Shown here: one piece after another, positions 1 through 6,301 of the stretch
How the letters are laid out: every line of letters starts with the position of its first letter
How positions within the stretch are numbered: position 1 is the first letter of the stretch
Assembly (NCBI GenBank): GCA_024704765.1
Contig: JAKMXF010000302.1
Location: forward strand, 529,136 to 538,203
Direction: 5' to 3'
DNA from: Oopsacas minuta
Lineage: Eukaryota; Animalia; Porifera
DNA length: 9,068 nt
Made by a program: the position numbers and the translations under genes
The notes under the pieces: generated by a model
Seen by the model: only the letters and a program-made list of their open reading frames with translations
Told to the model about the DNA's origin: nothing
Databases searched by the model: none

Positions 1-226
1 CTTGTAGCTCAGTCTCTCTCTTGTTAGCCTCTGATAACAGAATCTCTAACTCATTAACCGTGTACTTTTCCTGTTCTACCTGGTCTCTTGAAGTAGTAAG
101 GTCTGTTTGCCTGGAATTAACTGCTAACTCAGCATCTGCTACTTCCTTTCTTAGCTTACTTATTGTTTCAGATAATTCTGTATTGATTGAAACCATCTGT
201 TCTAACTTAGTAATGGGCTCACTCAA
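1..226 (-). CDS. Coiled-coil gene exon 6 (partial): LSEPITKLEQMVSINTELSETISKLRKEVADAELAVNSRQ...EANKRETELQ
   Basis: Acceptor tttcctatttatag| at 227-228. The frame stays open to the window edge and shows a heptad pattern. Confidence 0.8.
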   Translation of the reverse strand, partial: MSEPITKLEQMVSINTELSETISKLRKEVADAELAVNSRQTDLTTSRDQVEQEKYTVNELEILLSEANKRETELQ

Positions 227-282
227 CTATAAATAGGAAATTATGAGATCGAACTCAGTCAAAATGTATTATAACAATCAGG

Positions 283-336
<54 letters not shown>
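283..336. repeat. (ATT)18 / (AAT)18 microsatellite within the 117-nt intron 227-343
   Basis: 54 nt of perfect trinucleotide repeat, counted directly. Confidence 0.98.
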
Positions 337-343
337 GACTTAC

Positions 344-556
344 TTGTTTGGTGTAATACTCTACGTCGTTTGTGAGTTTAGCATTTTCCAACAACACATC
401 TTCTAACTCTTGTTTCTGGTTACATAGCTCTGATTCTTTGCTCAGAAATTCTTCTCCTTTCAACTCAATCTCTTTCCTACTGTCTCTAAGCTCAGCTTTC
501 AAATTATTCGCTTCTTGCAGGTGATCATCTACAGAGTCAGCAGCTGTATTCGTTAA
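344..556 (-). CDS. Coiled-coil gene exon 5: LTNTAADSVDDHLQEANNLKAELRDSRKEIELKGEEF...DVEYYTKQ
   Basis: Acceptor tttcaatttatag| (557-558) and donor |GTAAGT (343-338). 213 nt = 71 open codons. The upstream intron 557-610 is 54 nt. Confidence 0.85.
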
Positions 557-610
557 CTATAAATTGAAATAAATACACATTTCTCATTTAGTGAACAGAT
601 TTGAATTTAC

Positions 611-801
611 CTCCTGATTATCTTTGAGTACTTCCCTCTCTCTTCCAGCTGTTTTCAACTCCTCTATCTCCTTAGGACATCCTTCTACCAGTAAGACCAA
701 TTGCTGGTAACGTTGTCTTGAAAGCTCTTTATCCTCCCTAAGAGATGATAGCTGTATATCTTGCTTAGTCCTGCTCTCTTTCTCATCAGTATCATCTATA
801 C
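611..801 (-). CDS. Coiled-coil gene exon 4, 3' half (after the MITE): IDDTDEKESRTKQDIQLSSLREDKELSRQRYQQ...REVLKDNQE
   Basis: Donor GAG|GTAAAT at 610-605. In frame with the 5' half once the MITE and one TSD copy (480 nt) are removed. Confidence 0.8.
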
Positions 802-1273
802 CAGGGGTCGGCAACTTTATTCGAGTGCGGGCCATATAAACTCTTTTCATAGATGTGCTGGCCACTAGATGACTATTAGTTGACGTACATATATGGTGAA
901 TATCCACTAATTCTACAAAAGTCCTTGAAGGAATTGATGTATCTATTCAGAGTCAATTTTCTTTTCTTGCTGCTACTACTACGAATGGACATGATGGTAG
1001 GATAGTGATGGAGTTTTATCGTATCGTAATCTAATGGAAAATATTGTATAACAAATAAAAAAAGTAGGTAATGAAAAGGAATATCTGGGCAGGACTATTT
1101 TTGTGTTGGAAAATTTAGTGAAAGTGATGAGCAGATTTCTAATGCTATCAATGAATATATACGTAAGTAGAAAATTATGGTAATAAAAAAGGTTGTAGCC
1201 CATCCTTCGGCGGGCCATGAAAATGTTTTTGCGGGCCACATTTGGCCCGCGGGCCGCCAGTTGCCGACCGCTG
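802..1273. mobile_element. Non-autonomous hAT transposon (MITE), Buster/Charlie-like ends, 472 bp
   Basis: TIRs CAGGGGTCGGCAACT (802-816) and AGTTGCCGACCGCTG (1259-1273) match 14/15. The 8-bp TSD is ATCTATAC (794-801) / ATCAATAC (1274-1281), 7/8, and the left copy has the central TA typical of Buster-subfamily targets. Subterminal GCGGGCC motifs occur at both ends. No transposase ORF. Confidence 0.93.
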
Positions 1274-1281
1274 ATCAATAC

Positions 1282-1417
1282 GTAGAAGTGATAGAGAGTT
1301 GTTCAGAGCCACCATTTCATCTGATGTATTATATAGAACTTCTTGGAATTCTTTAAGCTTATAGTTCTTAAACTGATCTAGATTATCCTCACATTGTTTC
1401 CTTTCCTCGATTACGTC
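1282..1417 (-). CDS. Coiled-coil gene exon 4, 5' half (before the MITE): DVIEERKQCEDNLDQFKNYKLKEFQEVLYNTSDEMVALNNSLSLL
   Basis: Acceptor ttacttattacag| at 1418-1419. The frame is open up to the TSD; reading into the MITE meets TAA at 1177-1175. Confidence 0.8.
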
Positions 1418-1560
1418 CTGTAATAAGTAATAATTAATCTTATGTAATGGTTTTAAGTAATACTGTTAGAATTTAAAATAGGTGGAGAATGTCCCCTCGC
1501 TTCTCTAAAGTAGCCTATACAGCTATATCAGTGGGCCCTCGATAGGGCATATGTAATTAC

Positions 1561-1808
1561 ATTAATTCTAGAGTCAAGAAGAGAGTTTTTGATTGTAAGA
1601 TCTTGTATACTGTTTGATAATTGTGTGTTTTCTAACTCCACTCTCTATCAACAGTAGTTAAGCTTGTTTTTAGTTCATTCGTTACTGGTTCTAGCTGAGT
1701 TATCTGTAATTGTAGCTGTGATAACTGACTGTCTAATTCTATATTATTCTGTCTGAGAGTAGTTAGTTCATTTTGAACAGATTCCAGTTCTTTCCCTTTC
1801 TCGCATAA
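1561..1808 (-). CDS. Coiled-coil gene exon 3 with a 1-nt frameshift: LCEKGKELESVQNELTTLRQ...TTVDR / VELENTQLSNSIQDLTIKNSLLDSRIN
   Basis: Acceptor ttttccttacag| (1809-1810) and donor |GTAATT (1560-1555). The exon is 248 nt. Heptad-like coding continues in a shifted frame after the (AG)3 run at 1641-1646. Confidence 0.75.
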
Positions 1809-1867
1809 CTGTAAGGAAAAGTAATAATTATATGTCATATCTACAAACAAATTAGATAAGTATAATG

Positions 1868-1970
1868 CATGGTTGGGTTTTGCCCTGTCCAAAACTGGTT
1901 TTGGACGGACAGTGGGAAAAACCCGGTTTTTACCGGCCAAAACTGGTCCAAACCGGGCAATACTGGTCAA
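1868..1970. repeat. Left subterminal repeat array of the hAT element (probable transposase binding sites)
   Basis: CCAAAACTGGT at 1889 and 1937, GGTTTTGGAC at 1897, GGTTTTTACC at 1925, ACTGGTCAA at 1962. The same motifs recur at the right end. Confidence 0.8.
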
Positions 1971-2234
1971 TTCTATACCCTTCAATAATAAGAATACATA
2001 TATTACTTGTCGATATCTTATTTTGATTTGGGAATATACTATTGACACTGGCTTACAATGAAACAGTAAAGTGATCATAAATGTGTGGTTTCAACCAATT
2101 AATATACTAATAAAGTATTCGTACATATATACTTTCTAAACAGGTATAATTATCCAAAGCATTTGTGATATTATAGAAATTGAATACTATCGTGCAGATT
2201 GTATATCTTACTTACATAAATTGACCAGTTTGAA

Positions 2235-3926
2235 ATGGCACAAGGAGGAAGGCCCATTGATTCAGTATGGAAATTTTTCATCAAAGTTGAAGATGGTGGA
2301 AAAATACGAGCGAAGTGTATAAAATGTAGTGCTATGATCAGTGCAAAGGTTGGGAGGCTTAGGACTCATCTTGAAAAATGCTCTCAAAGCCAACTCCAAA
2401 ATAATTTTCCTAAAGACGACCTTCTTGAAATATTAGTACCTTTTAACAGTAGTGACACAACTATACCACCAGAAAAACGTGTATGTCATAAGATCATTCA
2501 ACCAAAGTTGAATGATTTCACAATAAAGACCAGCTCTCACCAGAAAGAAACTCTTGACAATCAAATTGCTCGCTTATTTTATGCTTGTAATCTTCCGTTT
2601 AACCTCGCTGAGAATGACGTATTCAAAAAGACAATTTCTATGCTTAGACCTGGTTATACACCTCCTACAAGGAAAAGTCTAGCTGGAGGTCTTCTTGACA
2701 AGACATTTAATGAAGTAACCACCATGACTGCTTCAGCTCTGGAAGGGAAGGATGTTACTCTAGTACAGGATGGATGGAGTGACATACACAACTCCCCTGT
2801 AATTGCCCATTGTGTACATTCAGGAGAAAGATCTTATTTTCTGAATTCTGTTGACACTGGATCAAACAAGAAAACTGCTACTTATTGTACTTCTTTAGCT
2901 ATTGAAGCGTCCAAAGAAGCAACTGATAAATTTGGGTGTAAAGTTGTTGCTGTCGTTACTGACAATGAACAAAAAATGCAGTCAATGCGCTCAAAGTTGA
3001 AATTGCTTGACAGCTCACTTTCGGTACACGGCTGTGCATCGCATTTATTGAACCTGTTGGGGAAGGATATCACCCCTTCGCAAATTATTTCTCATATTAC
3101 AGAGATAAATAAATATTTTCGCAACCATCACAATCCTGGAGCCCTCCTATCTGCACAAAAGGGATCCCTTAAACCTCAATTCCCAGTCGTGATACGGTGG
3201 AATAGTCAATTGGAGTGTATCAAGACATACCTGACAAATAGGCCTTTCCTTTTGAACATTCTGGCACAACATGAAGATGTTATCGACTTGTCTATTGCAA
3301 ATCTAATCAACAACGTTGGCCTTTATCGTGAGGCTAAAAATCTTTATGACCAACTCAAACCGATTGCAACATCATTGGACAAGTTACAAGGGGAAAAGTC
3401 TAACGTTGCAGATTCTTGCGAAGAGTGGATGAAATTAATCCAGTTAGACGAGCTGAAAAGTCACCTAGGCAAAATTCAGAAACGATTCAAACAAGCAACC
3501 ACACCTACTCACTTCCTAGCCAACATGATCAATCCGAAGTACATGGGGCAGAGGCTTTCATGTGAACAACAAGAAGAAGCGAGGGGTTTGCTTATTCAAC
3601 TAAATGCTTCTCTTTTGCCACAACTTTATCAGTTTCAGGCAAAAGAAGCACCATTTCCCGCATCTATATTTGAATGCACAGATGCATTAGATCCAGTAAC
3701 TTGGTGGAAGGCCATTAAAAAATCGAAAAACTTAGTAGCTGATGAGTTTTGTGATATAGCTATCAATTTATTAATCCTACCGTCAAGTTCCGTAAGTATT
3801 GAAAGGATTTTCTCGAATTTTGGTTTAATTCAAACAGAACTACGGAACAGATTGGGAATCGATAAAGCGAGCAAATTAGTAGCTTGTTATAGAGAATTGA
3901 GAGGATGCCAAGAATTAGAGTGGTAA
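2235..3926 (+). CDS. hAT-family DDE transposase, 563 aa, intronless: BED zinc finger, DUF659-like core, C-terminal hAT dimerisation domain
   Basis: BED motif WKFF..CIKC..HLEKC. Catalytic-type residues QDGWSD (D), VVTDN (D), CASH (CxxH), IRWNS (RW) and SIERIFS (E). C-terminal DPVTWWK...LPSSSVSIERIFS. ATG at 2235 and ATTAAA at 3940-3945 after the stop. Confidence 0.96.
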   Translation: MAQGGRPIDSVWKFFIKVEDGGKIRAKCIKCSAMISAKVGRLRTHLEKCSQSQLQNNFPKDDLLEILVPFNSSDTTIPPEKRVCHKIIQPKLNDFTIKTSSHQKETLDNQIARLFYACNLPFNLAENDVFKKTISMLRPGYTPPTRKSLAGGLLDKTFNEVTTMTASALEGKDVTLVQDGWSDIHNSPVIAHCVHSGERSYFLNSVDTGSNKKTATYCTSLAIEASKEATDKFGCKVVAVVTDNEQKMQSMRSKLKLLDSSLSVHGCASHLLNLLGKDITPSQIISHITEINKYFRNHHNPGALLSAQKGSLKPQFPVVIRWNSQLECIKTYLTNRPFLLNILAQHEDVIDLSIANLINNVGLYREAKNLYDQLKPIATSLDKLQGEKSNVADSCEEWMKLIQLDELKSHLGKIQKRFKQATTPTHFLANMINPKYMGQRLSCEQQEEARGLLIQLNASLLPQLYQFQAKEAPFPASIFECTDALDPVTWWKAIKKSKNLVADEFCDIAINLLILPSSSVSIERIFSNFGLIQTELRNRLGIDKASKLVACYRELRGCQELEW

Positions 3927-4035
3927 CGAATATAAGTTAATTAAACATCAATGTATTGTTATATTTTTCTTACTATCAACAAGTATTTATTCAGCATATT
4001 AAATATACAAGTAACATGCACTAGTATTAAAATTA

Positions 4036-4128
4036 GGTTTTGACCAGTTTTATCCAGTCAGGAGGTTTTGGACAGGACGGTTTTTACCACTATGGTTTTT
4101 ACCACATGGACAAAACCTGCCAACCCTG
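4036..4128. repeat. Right subterminal repeat array of the hAT element
   Basis: TTGACCAGTTTT at 4040-4051, GGTTTTGGAC at 4064, and tandem GGTTTTTACCAC at 4079-4090 and 4094-4105. Confidence 0.8.
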
Positions 4129-4139
4129 GTATAATGTAC

Positions 4140-4211
4140 TTCTTGTTGTATTCTGTCAGGAGAACTAGCTCGAGAAGAAGAAGGACTCATATTCAGAGAT
4201 TCCTCGAATTT
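4140..4211 (-). CDS. Coiled-coil gene exon 2: KFEESLNMSPSSSRASSPDRIQQE
   Basis: Acceptor gtcatttag| (4212-4213) and donor GAA|GTACAT (4139-4134). 72 nt = 24 open codons. Confidence 0.75.
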
Positions 4212-4294
4212 CTAAATGACAAAATATTTATAATAACATTCATAAGGTATTTAGCTATCTAGTTATATGTGAGAGGTTATTAGACGGGAAATAC

Positions 4295-4504
4295 CTCTTG
4301 AGTAACACTAGTTTTAGCCTCAGCCCCCCGTTCCAGCTTAAGAGTATCAATCTCTTTACTCACCTCATTGATACGAGCACGAGCTTGTTGTTTAACACGA
4401 GGAGGAGAGAGAGTGGGAGAGGAGGAGGGATAAATGGGAGGATGATCACTCTCAGTATATATATAGCATGATAAGGCATTATATTCACCTGCAAAGGATT
4501 CCAT
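4295..4504 (-). CDS. Coiled-coil gene, probable first coding exon: MESFAGEYN...HPPIYPSSSPTLSPPRVKQQARARINEVSKEIDTLKLERGAEAKTSVTQE
   Basis: True ATG at 4504-4502, donor GAG|GTATTT (4294-4289), 70 codons, then an 83-nt intron. The 5' boundary is uncertain and extra upstream exons are possible. Confidence 0.6.
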
Positions 4505-4666
4505 CTATTAGCCACTTAAACGATAGAGAGAGTTCCTCATCTACACTAGCCTCACATACTAGATAGTTATCTTGTGCTAGTGCAAAAGCTATTTACTCCT
4601 TTGATAAACATAATAAATGCATAGTTATGCGGCAATTTTCAATTTCAAAATTGCATAACGTAAATC

Positions 4667-4680
4667 CTTTCCTTGGCAAC
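4667..4680. promoter_or_regulatory. Candidate RFX X-box-like motif (CTTTCCTTGGCAAC)
   Basis: One intact GGCAAC half-site, and 12/14 agreement with GTTNCCATGGNAAC. It lies about 165 nt upstream of the ATG at 4504. Confidence 0.3.
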
Positions 4681-4993
4681 GAACAAACAACAATTGAGAT
4701 TTAATAATATAGATATGATTACTAGTGAGAATTTCTATTTCATTGTTAGAAATCGCAGGAATTACAGATAGACAGCCCTGGCGAATTGATACTACGCACG
4801 ATGAATCGTTAATAATGAAATTAGTACAGAACTATCCATCCCTAAATTAGCACAAACCTTCAAAAAAAATTAATAATAAATATTATAAATAAAGTTGAAT
4901 ATTCCAGAAAAAAACATGAAATATATTGGGTTAACACTGTTAGTAAAATTTGTTACATAAAAATACAAAATTGTTAAATTCTTACTGTAATCT

Positions 4994-6301
4994 TCAACAT
5001 CGTTGTTGCGCTTCCAATTCAGCAATTCGTCTTTTCAGTATGAAAACTTCTTTAGCTGCATATTTACTGTTTTCTAATAATCTACTGAGTACGATGGCGG
5101 CATCCGGGCGTTCATGCCAAGCCAAATTCACCATTGCTAAAATGAGCGAGGACTGAAATGGGAAGGTTTCTAGAAATTCTGTTGGAATCTTGCTCTCTCT
5201 AACACTACTGAGGATATTAAACTTTTCATTGTCTGCTGTGAAGGGGCAAAATAGCTCCAGGAAAACTAGGGAGGAACTGAAAATATCAGTCTTAAAAGAG
5301 TAGTGATTAGAGATCAGCTGTTCTGGAGAGGCATACAGTCGTGAGCCGAGCTTGGTTGTATGCACAGAACTACTATTTGATAGCGTAGAAGATCTCACAA
5401 AACTTTCACTAACATTGACAATTTCCTTTGAAATTCCGAAATCACAAATTTTTAATAATTCTCGATTACCCGTTAATAATATATTGGTCGGTTTGATATC
5501 TCTATGTACACAATTCTGTGAGTGTAGATACTTTAGACCTTTATAAAACTGGATGACGTAATCGTCTACAATTGAGATATCTTCGTCGGTTAGTTTGCAT
5601 ATTTCTGTCGAGACTTCATTTCGTTCTCTAAGCCATTCTTGTAAATTTGTTTCACAGAGTTCAAGCTGTATACACATCATAGGGTGTAATACAGGCTGGA
5701 GAGGAGGAGCAGGAATTAGTGGTTGGGGGTTTGAATCTTCTGCTAGAATACGAGTTTCAGATTGTTGACGGGTTGGTACGTGTTGCCGACGATCAAGTGA
5801 AATTTCTTTTCTAAAACCTGGCAATAGTTGGGGAAGATAAAGAACATCAGGATCAGAGCTAAAATCAAATTTTTGACGCTTTGCTCCCAGATTAGACCTT
5901 TTAGATACTGAAGAGGCAGATTCGGTCTCACCAGCAGTGCTTTCGATTTCGCTAGTACCATTTCCAGCATCCTCTCTTTTATCAATTTCGTAATCTAACC
6001 AGACACAATAGTATCTAATCACATTTTCATGACTCAACTTGGCTAACAACTGCACTTCTCTCACAAATTCGTGTGGATTCCCCCTCAATTTAATCTTTTT
6101 AATCGCATACTCACTATTATCCAGCTTATTTACAGCTCTCACTACCACAGCATGACCTCCTTTACCCACAGAAATTTGTCTTCCATACTCTAATTCGAGT
6201 CTTGAAGTATGCCTAAGAAACTCATGCGAGTTTACAACAATCAGGCGATGAGTTGTGTAACTTATGTGATGGAGGATGTCTAGAGTTTTTGCAGGATTCT
6301 C
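4994..6301 (-). CDS. eIF2-alpha kinase-family catalytic domain (EIF2AK; motifs closest to HRI/PERK), encoded by one large exon; start codon or upstream exon not found
   Basis: Motifs: SRLELEY..VGKGGH, NKLD..YAIKKI, REVQLLAKLSHENVIRYY..W, a ~104-aa insert between subdomains IV and V, IQLELCE, HRDIKPTN, DFG, HTTKLGSRLYASPEQL, LELFCPF, ERP. The stop-free frame extends 44 codons upstream of the track's GTG at 6169, to a TAA at 6304-6302. Confidence 0.92.
   Translation of the reverse strand, partial: ENPAKTLDILHHISYTTHRLIVVNSHEFLRHTSRLELEYGRQISVGKGGHAVVVRAVNKLDNSEYAIKKIKLRGNPHEFVREVQLLAKLSHENVIRYYCVWLDYEIDKREDAGNGTSEIESTAGETESASSVSKRSNLGAKRQKFDFSSDPDVLYLPQLLPGFRKEISLDRRQHVPTRQQSETRILAEDSNPQPLIPAPPLQPVLHPMMCIQLELCETNLQEWLRERNEVSTEICKLTDEDISIVDDYVIQFYKGLKYLHSQNCVHRDIKPTNILLTGNRELLKICDFGISKEIVNVSESFVRSSTLSNSSSVHTTKLGSRLYASPEQLISNHYSFKTDIFSSSLVFLELFCPFTADNEKFNILSSVRESKIPTEFLETFPFQSSLILAMVNLAWHERPDAAIVLSRLLENSKYAAKEVFILKRRIAELEAQQRC

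Larger units (their letters stand above)
1868..4128 (+). mobile_element. Full-length hAT DNA transposon (2261 bp) with a DUF659/BED-type transposase; antisense to the host gene, inside its intron
   Basis: Perfect 8-bp TSD GTATAATG at 1860-1867 and 4129-4136. Imperfect TIRs: left CATGGTTGG---GTTTTGCCC (1868-1885) versus reverse-complemented right CAGGGTTGGCAGGTTTTGTCC (4128-4108). Both ends have repeat-rich subterminal regions, and the element carries a single transposase ORF. Confidence 0.95.
1..4504 (-). pseudogene. Multi-exon long coiled-coil protein gene (centrosomal/cytoskeletal type, family not identified); disrupted by a MITE and a frameshift; 3' end lies beyond the window
   Basis: Exons 4504-4295, 4211-4140, 1808-1561, 1417-611 (minus the MITE), 556-344 and 226-<1 are joined by GT..AG introns, all phase 0. 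Translations are heptad-rich (E/K/Q/L). Exon lengths of 210, 72, 327 (reconstructed) and 213 nt are multiples of 3; the 248-nt exon is 1 nt short. Confidence 0.8.

Noticed and set aside
21-236. ORF-track 71-aa plus-strand ORF
   Set aside because: It is the antisense shadow of the minus-strand coiled-coil exon, starts at TTG, and has no recognisable motif.
584-907. 107-aa minus-strand ORF as a standalone gene
   Set aside because: It is a chimera of MITE sequence, the 3' half of a host exon, and intron read-through.
979-1278. 99-aa minus-strand ORF inside the MITE
   Set aside because: It starts at TTG in the TSD, runs through GC-rich terminal repeats, is out of frame with the host, and has no transposase motif.
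1481-1552. GC-richer patch with a small hairpin (GCCCT-CGAT-AGGGC) in intron 1418-1560
   Set aside because: I found no TIR/TSD pair and no open exon with splice sites. A 5-bp stem is expected by chance.
1632-2078. 148-aa minus-strand ORF (and plus-strand ORF 1873-2061)
   Set aside because: It runs from inside the hAT left end through intron sequence into a host exon. Only the part from 1808 downward is credible coding sequence.
4624-4659. Imperfect inverted repeat GTTATG(CGG)CAATTTT...AAAATTGCATAAC
   Set aside because: It is short, AT-rich and bulged, has no TSD, and shows no RNA-family features.
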